Of a stretch of 64,000 nt of DNA, positions 1-11,632 are shown piece after piece. The DNA is taken from assembly GCF_016433145.1 (NCBI RefSeq), contig NC_058131.1, positions 711,108,069 to 711,172,068 of the forward strand, written 5' to 3'. This stretch comes from Gracilinanus agilis. Its lineage: Eukaryota. How positions within the stretch are numbered: position 1 is the first letter of the stretch; each line of letters starts with the position of its first letter. Under the pieces are notes generated by a model. That model saw nothing but the letters and a program-made list of their open reading frames with translations. It ran no database searches and was not told where the DNA came from. A program made the translations under genes and the position numbers.

Positions 1-1300
1 GGCTGTTGGGAAGTACTATCATCACACCTATTTTGGTGATTGGGAGACTGAGGCTCACAGAAGTTAAATACCTCATTTGGGGTCCCCCAGTTAAATCTGT
101 GTTGAGAGAGGATGTAAGCCCACATATGAGTTTTTGTACTTTCTCCCATTATAATAAGCTGCCCCTTTGGAGAGCCACATTTTGAATTATCTACTCAGAG
201 CTTTGCTCATCTTTACTGTGATTTCCCTAAGTGCCATTTTCTTGCATTCTTCATTCAGTTCATCTATTCTTGGTCTTCCCAGGCTGCTTCCCTCTTGCCT
301 TCTTTTGTTCTTAGTATTCTCATCAATCCACTGAAACAGTGGAATTTTCTGAGCCATCCCCAGGCTCGTCTGCCTCTAGGGAAAACAATGGGGCTGTTCA
401 GATGGAAGATCGTGAGTTCCCCCTGCTTGGAAGTGGGGGCCAAGAATGGGCCAAGAAAAAATCTAAAGTTTCCACCTAGTTCTTAAACACACACACATAC
501 ACTCGGGCATCCACACCAGCCTGTTAATTATGTATTAAATGAGGATCTCATCTGCACCGTGCAGATGCAGCATCAAAGTTCCGAGTGCCAATGGTTTCTC
601 ATTAGCATCCGAGTCAGATTTTTATCCTATATTATCACAGTCAGAGGCTGAAACCAAAGGAGTTTAATAAGCACCTAGCTCCTGATGGTCAGGCCCCTCG
701 CTGCGTCCTTAATTAGAATGTCGTCATTTTATTGATGACAAAGCCAGACCAAGAAAGGACATCCTTTGCTCTTGGCCAATTCTTTCATGTTGGCAAAAGA
801 TGGTGTTAAACAATCCTGCTGTCTATGCTAGATGTAGACTCGCTTGTCATCATGGTTCCATACTGTCTGTGCTCATAAGTTGACACAAGGTCACCTGGGT
901 CTAGTCTGCAACCTTCCTTGATTATCATAATTGAAAGTGATAAAGCACTTTAAGATGGGCCAAACCCTTTCCATGCTGGTAGGATGCTTTGTCTCTCAGA
1001 ATCCTCTGAATGATTCTGTGTGGTACCAGCATTATTGTTACCATTTTGCAAATGAAGAAAGTGAGGCTTAAAGAGGTTTGGTGACTTGCCTGCTTTCACC
1101 TAAAATAATGATAATAATGGCACGAATATTACCTCATTTGATCTTCAAAATAACCTTGGGTGGTAGGTGCTATTATCACCTCCATTTTATAATTGATAAA
1201 ACCGAGACAGTCAGAGATTAAATAACTTGCCCAGGGTCACACAGATAGTGTCTGAGGCTAAATTTGAACACACATCTTCCCAACTCTACATCCAACATTC

Positions 1301-1508
1301 TTTTTTTTTTTTTATAGATTTTTTTTTATTTTAAACCCTTAACTTCTGTGTATTGACTTATAGGTGGAAGAGTAGTAAGGGTAGGCAATGGGGGTCAAGT
1401 GACTTGCCCAGGGTCACACAACTGGGAAGTGTCTGAGGCAGGATTTGAACCTAGGACCTCCCGTCTCTAGGCCTGGCTCTCAATCCACTGAGCTACCCAG
1501 CTGCCCCC
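1301..1508 (-). mobile_element. SINE1_Mdo-type tRNA-derived SINE, full length, nested in an older MIR/Mar1-like SINE
   Basis: Characteristic cttaacttctgtgtattg...gggtcacacaactgggaagtgtctgagg...gagctacccagctgcccc; TSD tccaacattc on both sides. Confidence 0.85.
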
Positions 1509-2469
1509 TCCAACATTCTTTTTATTGTACCATCTAGCTGCCTCTAGTCTGTATCTGAGGCAAGGTACAAATCCAAGGTTTTCTGGACTCTGTCCTATCA
1601 CTGTACCATAGTGTAGCATTGCTGGAACAGGAATAATAATAAGAAATCTTGCTGGGAACAGATGGCAAGCAAATACAGGAGCTGAGTCTTACTGAAGCCT
1701 TTAGAAAAACAACCCAAGATGAAGATGGTACCATGAAACTCTTCTTCAGTCACCTGATGGTCTTGCCTAACTGGCCTTTTTGGTATTTCTCCTTGTCTGT
1801 GTCTTTGTATGAGTTATCTTACTTGGAATGCATGTCCTCCTCACCAAAGACTATGAGGTTCTGGCTCAACCCCTCAGAATCCCCAGTATTGGGAATCTTG
1901 AGTATTTGCTTTAAGTTTCAGAGTAGTTGTGGGCATCTCTTACCCTCTAATATGAGTTGTGACAATTGGTCCTACCTAATTCTCCCCTAATTCCTTATAG
2001 GATCAAGATGTAGGTGTTTTGGGTTTGACTCTATGTACTGCTACTCATGGTTGTCCATATTCCCTGCCTGCTCTTCCTCTTACCTTCCTCATTCCTTAAC
2101 CCTTTGCATTCTGGGTTTTGATCTCATTACTTACCTGAACTGTTCAGTCTTTGTTCAGTCAGTGCATGGGGTCTGATACTTCATGACCCCATGTATTTGA
2201 CCAGGGGTGGGGTTTCCTTGGCAAAGATACTGTAATGATTTGACACTTCTTTTTCCTGTGTGTCCCATTTTAAATGAGGACCTGAGGCAAATAGGGGTTA
2301 AGTGACTTAGCTAGGGTCATGCAGCTGGTAAGTATCTAAAACAGGATTTGAATTCAGATCTCATTGACTCCAGGCCAGGTGCTCTATCTACTCTCTAGCT
2401 CTATCTTCCATTTAGCTGCCCTGAGTTGTAATTATATGATCTTAAAATAATAGAATTGTAAAATCTCTG

Positions 2470-2830
2470 ATTTGAGAGAGACTTTAGAGGGTGTCTGGTC
2501 CAGTTCATACTTGAAAGAGAATCCCTTCTACAATACAGTTGATTTTGATCCAAGATCGCTAGTGAAAGTTTTTATCACTCTCTTGAGGTAGTCTGTTCAA
2601 TTTTTGGACAGCCTTAATTATTAGGAAGTTCTTCCTTATGTCAAATCAACATCTTCTCTTTGCAATTTTTACCTATTATTTCTTGTTCTGCCCTCTGGGA
2701 CCATGCAGAACATGTTTAATAGCTTTTCCTTATGACAGCCTTTGAGATTCTCAAAAATATCTGTCATAGCCCTCCTAAATCTCCTCTTTGGCCTGAATAT
2801 TCATCTCAGCTCTCATCACCATCCTCTTTG
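2470..2830 (-). mobile_element. Degenerate L3/CR1 LINE 3' fragment
   Basis: ttaggaagttcttccttatgtc...ttgttctgccctctggg...atgacagcctttgaga motifs typical of L3. Confidence 0.55.
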
Positions 2831-3215
2831 CCCTCTTCTGGATGCTTTTCATAAGATCATATTATAAGGATGTAGTTTCACTACTGCCTCAATGAATGTA
2901 ATCACAGAAGACTTAGACACTCAATTCAATCAGTTACTCAATCAAAAGAATAAATTGAATGTAGGTCCTTAATCAATTTGAGAGGATCATAGGGCTTTGG
3001 TCACTGGATGAAAATCAGATATTTCCACAAAGGAAACACCCTGTGATTAGTTGAAAAGATCAAGTCTTACTTCTTGGCTTAGAATAAACATTGAGCTAGT
3101 TCAGAGCTGGCCAGAGCTGGTGAAGCAGCCTAGTGGTGGAAGAGTACGAGTTCAGATGATCCCCATTAAAGAGTCAGAACCAGGACTTTTAGAGGGAATT
3201 TTTCTTGTGCAGAAT

Positions 3216-3283
3216 TCCTCCCTCCCTCCCTCCCTCCTTCCCTTCATCCCTTCCTTCCTTCCTTCCTTCCTTCCTTCCTTCCT
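3216..3283. repeat. (CCTT)n/(CCCT)n microsatellite running into an assembly gap
   Basis: Directly visible tandem tetranucleotide. Confidence 0.95.
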
Positions 3284-3658
3284 NNNNNNNNNNNNNNNNN
3301 NNNNNNNNNNNNNNNNNNNNNNNNNNNNNNNNNNNNNNNNNNNNNNNNNNNNNNNNNNNNNNNNNNNNNNNNNNNNNNNNNNNNNNNNNNNNNNNNNNNN
3401 NNNNNNNNNNNNNNNNNNNNNNNNNNNNNNNNNNNNNNNNNNNNNNNNNNNNNNNNNNNNNNNNNNNNNNNNNNNNNNNNNNNNNNNNNNNNNNNNNNNN
3501 NNNNNNNNNNNNNNNNNNNNNNNNNNNNNNNNNNNNNNNNNNNNNNNNNNNNNNNNNNNNNNNNNNNNNNNNNNNNNNNNNNNNNNNNNNNNNNNNNNNN
3601 NNNNNNNNNNNNNNNNNNNNNNNNNNNNNNNNNNNNNNNNNNNNNNNNNNNNNNNNNN
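3284..3658. other. Assembly gap (N run)
   Basis: 375 N. Confidence 1.
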
Positions 3659-4183
3659 GGACTTGACTGAAAGACAATGAGGGCAGAACATCTTCTCTTT
3701 ATATATATATATTATATACATATATAATGTTATATACCATATTATTATAATGTATTATATAAATCTTCTCTATATAATCTAGACAGATTACATATCCCTA
3801 TATATTATTATGTAAACTCCTTGAAGGCAAGGATTGTTTTTGCCTTCCTTTATATCCCCAGAGGTAGAACACATCCCATGCCTAGAACACAGTAGAGCTC
3901 AATAAGTGCTTGTTGATTGACTGGCTGATTGTCAAAAGGGCCAGAGTAGGAAACACCTGGAGGCAATTAGAGAAAAGGACAGTTCCATGGTTCATCTTTT
4001 ACTTTCTTTCCACATGGACCTTTTAGCAATTCCAATGCCATCATTTGGCAATGAGTGATAGAGACCGATTGTTTAATGATGATTTTGCCATGATTTGTGA
4101 ACACCGCCTCCCCAACCTATCACAAGCCTCCTCCATTTCTGTGATGCCTATTAATGACTTTCCAAAAAAGTCCACAAAGAACT

Positions 4184-4303
4184 ATTTTTTAAAACCCTTA
4201 ACATCTGTGTATTGGCTCATAGGTGGAAGAGTGGTAAGGGTGGGCAATGGGGGTCAAGTGACTTGTCCAGGGTCACACGTCTGGGAAGTGTCTTAGGCCA
4301 GAT
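4184..4303 (-). mobile_element. 5'-truncated SINE1_Mdo-type SINE
   Basis: 3' part of the SINE flanked by TSD tccacaaagaact (4171-4183 and 4304-4316). Confidence 0.8.
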
Positions 4304-5545
4304 TCCACAAAGAACTCTTAAGGAAATAAGACCATCCAGACATTTCTGGCTGTTATTGCCTACCACAAGTCCAACTTTTAAAAGAAGGCTATTGATGTAG
4401 TGAAGTGAATAGTCTTCAATAACCCTCATCTTTCAAATCTCATTTTTTATTTCTGGTATCATGAATCATCCACAGCTTCTCTCTCACTGTGATAAGGGCG
4501 AGTTGGCCGGGGATGGAGTCTCTGCCTGTGAGTCCATCCCACAGGGCATGGTTCACTCACTGTGATCCATCATTTTGGAATTGAGGGCCAACCTGCTGCC
4601 TTCCCCACGTTGTGCTTCCCAGCAAAAGCTGCTCACCAGCCAAGATGGTGTAAAGCCCTACCTTACTGCTGGCTGCCCCTGACACCCAAAGCTATTAATC
4701 ATTGGAAGAGGGGAAAAACCCAACAACAACATGTGTGGACTATAGTAGAGAGAACAATTCTATCAGTGCAATGTCCTCTCTGGTCTGAAGCGATAAATAA
4801 CACACACTTGGGCATATTTGAGAGCAGACCCTTCAAACCAAATTGATCACAAGTTTTAAAATGGGACGTCCCAGGAAATACACTCCTCTCCAGAGGCCAG
4901 AGCAGGGATGACTTTTAAGTGAGCGGCACGTCATGTTCTTTTCTTTAGAAGGGCGCTGGGGACCCCTCAAACCTGCAATAGTGTCTCTTTGTATAGAAGG
5001 ACCTTAGCTCAGGGAAAAAAGAGTCATCTTGCAGGTGACAGTTATTGCCCCGATGTTTCATCTTCTTCTCACGCTTTCCTCTACTCTTTCCCTAGAATGA
5101 CAGTGATTGAGTTGGTGTCCAAAGGATGAGGACAAACCTAGTCTGTGACTGTTAAGCACAGCCCTCGTGGCTCCTGGATTCAACCTTTCCTAATATGAAA
5201 GAAGAACAATATGTGTACATGTCCTTTCCGCCATCCCTGGAGAGCTCTGCTCTCTCAACTGCCTTTCATTTGTAATATATATTGAAATCTAGAGCGTAAA
5301 ATATGTATTATATGTCACACACATATAATAGACCCACACGTAACACAACATATATCACACACAGTGGATATACACATGTAACATAACATTATACACACAT
5401 ATGCTACTACATATGTATACAATATAATACACATCACACACACAACATAGACATACATGTACGTAATAAGATAGTATATATATATGCATGCATGATATAG
5501 AAATAGGTATACAATAACATGTATCATACCCATGATATTATAGAT

Positions 5546-5769
5546 CAGTGGTTCCCAAACTTTTTTGGCCTCCCGCCCCCTTTCCAGAAAAAATACTACT
5601 TAGTGCCCCTGGAAATTAATTTTTTTGGTTGGTCCAATCTGGAAATTAATTTTTAAAAAATTTTAATAGCAATTAATAGGAAAGATAAATGCACCAGTGG
5701 CCATCACTGCTTCCCTGGATCGCTGTAACACCCACCAGGGGGCGGTGGTGCCCACTTTGGGAATCACTG
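5546..5769. mobile_element. hAT MITE with perfect 8-bp TSD
   Basis: TIRs cagtggttcccaaa...tttgggaatcactg; TSD ttatagat at 5538-5545 and 5770-5777. Confidence 0.9.
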
Positions 5770-5779
5770 TTATAGATAT

Positions 5780-6399
5780 TGTAAGAGGGGAAAGTAGATA
5801 TTTAAGGTATGGTCGCCAGAAATCAGATTAACTCGATTTCAAATTATATTAGACCCAAGCCAGGATGACTTTTATGGAAGTTTATTTACAATTAGGAAGG
5901 TTGAAGGTAGGGAAATTGAGAGAGAGAAACTCTCACCTGGACCAGATGTATGGACCAGATAAGAATTTAGAGGCCCCAGCAGAGGGGCACAGAGGTTAAT
6001 TCAACAAGGCTTCTAGCCACAAGTCCTTTTACAATTAGAGAGGCAAGAGAGGCCTCCCTGAGGGTAGAGCCTCCAGAAATGCCAAGGGAGGAGAAAGGAG
6101 GTCAGCCTAACTTACCCACGTGACAATTCAGAGGGAAGCTGTATGAGGTCTCACCAGAGATCCTTCAGCACCAAGTTCTAAGCTCCAACTACTCTACAGG
6201 AAGTTACCATCATATTTAAAAGGTAGCATCTTTTGTCACTTCCTCCATCCACCTCTAATTTCAAGTGGCCAAATAGCAGCCTCAACACTGTTTTGGACTG
6301 CCCAAAGGGCAGTCCCTTGTTTTTGATTTGTTACTTATTGCCACATGTGGGTAACTGATCTTCCCCTCCCCACTTAATTCTAAGTTGGGTGGGGTGACA
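5780..6399 (-). mobile_element. Solo ERV LTR (~620 bp)
   Basis: tgtaag...gtgaca termini; reversed AATAAA (tttatt) near the left end and reversed TATA-like/CCAAT region toward the right. Confidence 0.6.
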
Positions 6400-7175
6400 T
6401 TATTTCTGATGGCTAGAGTCTAACAATGAATGAGGATGAGCTAATTCCATTTATACAATATACATATATTATAACATATAATATCATAGATATGTACATA
6501 TATAAGATATAACATAGAGTTATCTTGTATACACACAGGAATTTGTATATTTTTTCTTTCATAAAAATGTGAGTGAGATCTTTGAAGGCAGGGACTGGGT
6601 TTTTGCCTTTCCTTGTATTTCCAGCACAAACCAACCAGGCAATCTACAAGCATTTATTAAGAACTCATTTCTTTCCACACAGAACTATTTTTTTTTTTTT
6701 TAGCAATTCCAGTGCTCTCATTTGGCAATGAGCGATAGAGCTGCAGATTGCTTAATGATAGCATTGCCATGATATGCGAGAGTTCCCCACCCTTTCCTGA
6801 TGCTCCTCCATCTCTGTGAGGCCTATTAATGACCTAGGTGCTAGGCAACCGGAGACACAAAGGAAACAGGACACACTTATAGGTCTTGCTAAGAGGAAGG
6901 GTTTTTGTTATGGTCATAGGAAACAGTCCACAAGTTGAAGAGCACCCCAGCAAAGTAGAGAAAGACTATTTTCTAAAAAACCCTTTACCTTCTGTCTTAG
7001 AATCTTTACTGCATGTTGGCTTCAAAGCAGTAGGAGCTAGGCAATTGGGGCTAAATGACTTGACCTAGATCACACAAGTAGGAAGTATCTGACACCAAAT
7101 TTGAACCCAGGACTTCTTGTCTTTAGGTCTGGCTCTCAATCCACTGAGCTACCTTGCTGCCCTTGAAAGACTCTT

Positions 7176-8197
7176 TGCCAGGATGCTGGATTTTGATGAT
7201 GATTTAGGGTTTTAATGTGAAGAAAGGAATTTGCAGGAACATGCAAACAAGGTAAAAATCCAGAAAAGCAAAGGAGAGGAGCTTTGGAATGTTTGTGGGA
7301 GAGAATTCTGAAAGGCAACGGAATCTGAGGGTGACTGTTGGAAACCTCAAGGTCTTTGAGCTTGAACTCTTGGAGGGAGACTGCTCTGGACCAGTTCTCC
7401 TGATCTAGCCAGCATTTCCTGTCCTAAAATGACTCCTGTGAGAAGACTTGTTGCATTCCTGTTCCTGTTCCTAAATACCTGGAAATCTCTACCTGTGTGG
7501 ACTCCATCAAGAATCAGTTTGCCTGAAGAGCTTGCCCAGAGGGAAGACTGAGGGAGCCAGCAGGAGTTCCCACAACCTGATCTGCTAACAGCCTAGAGAC
7601 TTTTAATCCATTTATTTAGCCTAGGGTTGGTTTTGATAGGGAACAACAAGATCAGATAGGATTCTCGAGGGTTGCCTCCCTACTGAGGCTGAGGGCTGAA
7701 CTTTGTCACCCATTTTGGGGTATTAGCCAGGGCTCCTGCATCCTTTTTCCTGACCTACTCTTACTACCTTTTAAAAGAAATCTTTAAACTTATAGGAAAG
7801 CAGTCAGATTGATTCACAGAAGAAGAATAAAGGGAGCCTGGTGGATGGAGGTTTTTTTCCCAGAGGAAGAGCTTTCTCAGACCAGGTTAAGTCAAAGTGC
7901 TGAGTCCCCTGATACTGCTCTCCCTCTGGCAGCTTTCTGTTCAGAGGAGTACACCAAAGGAGGGCTAGGATTGGCCAAACTTCCTAGCCACCAGTTTATT
8001 CTATTCTCCTGAGGTGTTCCCTATCCTGACACAGACTGCTGCATTATCTTGCCCATCATTCTACTCTGGCTAGAGACAGGGGGTAGCCATTTGCTCTCTG
8101 TCTAAAGGGGGGAATACCCTGATAGGTCAACTTACCCAAACCAGCTGACCATTCAATAACAACAACCACCACCCAGGGTTTCCTTTACCTTTTTACA
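7176..8197. mobile_element. Probable ERV LTR (~1 kb)
   Basis: TG...CA termini and LTR-like composition; no TSD found. Confidence 0.4.
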
Positions 8198-8810
8198 GAT
8201 GAATGAAGTAGTAGGACACTAGATTATTCTTACACATTATGTTCCAACTAAACTGACTGACTTTCTGTTCTCCCTCTCTGAGATTACATTTTCCATCTCT
8301 ATTCTTTTGCACAAGCTGGGCCCTGTTCCTGTCATGTAATTCATCTTTCCCTCATCAAATCCGTAGGTCCCTTCAAGGTTCAGCTCAAGTGCCACCTCCT
8401 AAAACAAGCCATTCCAGTTGCTACTCTGTGCCACTCCCCCCACCCATCCCATGCCGAGTAGACTTTGTATCTGCTTCTTGTATGGATCTGGCCTTTTCCA
8501 AGTCCATCGTTCTCTTTCCAACAGAATGTAAGATCTTTGATGGGAAAAATGACTTCCTTTCGATCTTTTTACTCCCCCACACCTAGCACAGGGCTTGGCA
8601 TATATAGCATGTACTTATTTATTTATTGATACATGATCTTGGCAACCAACACTATGTGCTGACTCACTCAGACGTGTTGTATACATTGTTAAATGCTATC
8701 GAATGGATAATCCGTGCATTGATACATCACCAAATTAATCCTGAACAGGTATTGTAGATTGATACTGGTGTGAGCATGCAAACAAGTAGTTCAAAACCTT
8801 CATTCTAGGT

Positions 8811-9026
8811 CAGTGATGATGAGCCTTTTAGAGACCAAGTGCCCGAACTGCAACCTCAATGCTGCATGAGAGCCCCCTGCCTTACCCCAGACAGGGGAGG
8901 GAGGAAGTGCTCCCATTGGCCTGCTGGGCAGAGGGGCAGGTGATGGAGAAATGTCCTCAGGCAACGTGGAGAGGGGGAAGGGAGCGGGCCCTTCTGGTAT
9001 ATGTGCTATAGGTTTGCTAACATGGC
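8811..9026. mobile_element. hAT MITE (cagtgatggcgaacct-type TIR family)
   Basis: cagtgatgatgagcct...ataggtttgctaacatgg; internal similarity (cctcagg/cctgaggaca, cccattgg/ccaatggg) to reverse-oriented copies at 44518 and 50466. Confidence 0.65.
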
Positions 9027-9040
9027 TCCAGGTAGCTTTT

Positions 9041-9254
9041 ATTTATTTTTAAAAATCCTTTCTTTCTGTCTTGGAGTCAATACTGTGTATTGGCTCCAAG
9101 GCAGAAGAGTGGTAAGGGTGGGTAATGGGGGTCAAGTGACTTGCCCAGGCTCACACAGCTGGGAAGTGTCCGAGACCAGATTTGAACCCAGGACCTCCCA
9201 TCTCTAGGCCTGGCTCTTAATCCACTGAGCTACCCAGCTGCACCCCCCCCCCCC
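9041..9254 (-). mobile_element. SINE1_Mdo-type SINE
   Basis: Full length; TSD ccaggtagctttt. Confidence 0.85.
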
Positions 9255-10217
9255 CCAGGTAGCTTTTAGAAAAATTGTCTAGAACTTTCCAGGATCCTAA
9301 GCTTCTCTCTGCCATCACGGATCATCTTTTTGTTTTGAACACCAAGTAGTCTTTCTTGGGGATGATTTATGACTGAAAATCATGGGATGCCACTATTGCT
9401 AAAGAATAAAAATTGCAGGTGACCCAAAGAATAATGGTGAAGAGGCATGGTCGTGGGTTTCAATCCACCATAGCATATGGCAAATAATGTCTTGTGACAA
9501 GAAGGAGGAATAAAAGGTATCAAGGAGATGTGAGACCAGAGAAAGAGATGGGTCAATCCTTTAGGGCTAACTGATGGTCAGACCAAATTCTGTGCTGGTA
9601 CCCACTGAATAATAATCAGACAACTGACAATCAGCCATCTGACCACCAATGAAACAGCCAATTAGCCAACTGACAACCAAGCGATCAACTAATGACCAAC
9701 CAGGGAAGGCATGTGGTGCCTTGGGCATATTCTTTTTAGGTTTATGGAAATGTTAAGCAAGAACCGTGCAGGATGAGAACATGTGAAAGTTTTGGGATTT
9801 GTTGGAGTGAAAGTGAATACTCATCCTGATTATATCATGTATATTAATGGATGACTGAAGCACAGAGGCACAATAGAATGGATTTTTGATTCCTCATTGA
9901 TTTTATGATCATAAATTTAGTGTTGATAGTGACCTCAGGGTCAGCTAGTCTAAACTCAGTCTTTTACAGTTAAAAAAATTATCTAGGAGAAATATTTTAT
10001 AGGCAAAAGGGGTCTGGATTCCATTTAGTCACTAACATTAACATTGATATTAAATTGCTTGATGGGGGAAAGCAGTGATTTTCCAAGAACAGTAAGAGCT
10101 TGATTCTCCTGGGACAGCAGCACCGTAGTCCTGCTCATTCTCTACTGTCCCCCACAGACATCAGGAGAGGGAGTACTGCTTGATCACCCAGCTTTCCTTT
10201 TAAAATCACAGGCTCAC

Positions 10218-10409
10218 GGGGCAACTGGGTAGCTCAGTGGATGGGGAGTCAAACCTAGAGACGGGAGGTCCTAGGTTCAAATCCAGCCTCAGACACTTCC
10301 CAGCCGTGTGACACTGGGCAAGTCACTTGACCCCCATGGCCCACCCTTACCACTCTTCCACCTAGGAGCCAATACACAGAAGTTAAGGGTTTAAAAAAAG
10401 CAAAAAAAT
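10218..10409 (+). mobile_element. SINE1_Mdo-type SINE
   Basis: ggggcaactgggtagctcagtgg...agttaagggtttaaaaaaa; TSD aaaatcacaggctca. Confidence 0.88.
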
Positions 10410-11409
10410 AAAATCACAGGCTCAAACTGCGGCCTAGTAATTTTAAATAACAGTATCATGGGGGGAAGCTAAGTGACTTAGTGGATTGAGAGGCAGGCCT
10501 AGAAATGGAAGATTCTGGGTTCAAATTTGGCCTCAGACATTTCTTAGATGTGTGACCCTGAGCAAATTACTTAATCTCCATTGTGTATCCCTCATTGCTC
10601 TTCTGCATTGGAACCATTACACGGTATTGACTCTAAGATGGGATGAGTTAAAAAAAAAAATCACAGTATCATTGATTTAGGGCTCAAAGACCTAAATCGA
10701 GGCCAAACCCTTCATTTTACAGATAAAGAAACAGACACAGAAAGTTTAAATGACTTCAGCAAGGTCATACAGCTAATAAAATGTCCAAGGCAGGATTTGA
10801 ATCCAGGTCCTCTGGCTTCAGAGCCAGTTCTCTTTCTATACAAGTAGCCAATTATAGATATCAGATTTGAACCTAGGTTGTCTGTTCCCAAATCCAGCAC
10901 ACTTTGTCATCAGCAATATGTCTAATATTGAGTGCTACAGTATCATAGAATTATGGAATTTGAGCTGGAATAGACCTTGGAGACATTTTTATATATCTTA
11001 CATATCTTATATATCATATCTATCTCTATATCTCTATCTCTATATCTATATCTATATCTACCCCCTCCACTTCTGCCCATTTTATAGATGAGAAAATTAA
11101 GAACCAGTGAGTTCCCAGGTGCAAATCAGGTAGTTAATTTGTCAGATGCCATATTCAAAGCCAGCTCCTTTTAGGCCAAATCCAGGCCTCTTTCTAATGT
11201 ATTATGCTCCTTCTTAACATAAGAACATACAAATTCAGATGAACAGAGAAAATGCAGTCCAAATTTATGAAAAAGACTGCATTAATTTTTTTTGAAGAAA
11301 TGCAATTTCCTGACAAACAAAATCTTCAAGTCCAGCTTTTATAAATTGATGAATATGGCTTGGACTGAGCATGTCAGTTAACCGGATTGTCCTGGAGTTT
11401 TATTGTTTC

Positions 11410-11632
11410 TATTTTATTTTATTTATTTAAAAAAATTTTAAACCCTCACCTTCTGTCTTGGAAATAATACTATGTATTGGTTCCAAGGCAGAAGAGTGGT
11501 AAGGGTTAGGCAATGGGGGTTAAGTGACTTGCCCAGGGTCACACAGCTGGGAAGTGTCTGAGGCCAGATTTGAACCCAGGTCGTCCCATCTCTGGGCCTG
11601 ATTCTCAATCCCCTGAGTCAACCAGCTGCCCC
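11410..11632 (-). mobile_element. SINE1_Mdo-related SINE
   Basis: Same diagnostic core, with a T-rich tail on the plus strand. Confidence 0.8.

Noticed and set aside
3051-3721. Long ORFs across 3051-3721 and 33008-33540
   Set aside because: Artefacts of N gaps and microsatellites.
4021-6835. Twin elements as mutually exclusive coding exons
   Set aside because: One block shows SLIG(I/L)TEMEE similarity, but the copies are out of frame with each other, hit stops, and the other block has only non-synonymous differences.
10218-10290. tRNA-like A/B-box heads of SINEs as tRNA genes
   Set aside because: They continue into SINE bodies and A-rich tails with TSDs; no complete cloverleaf.
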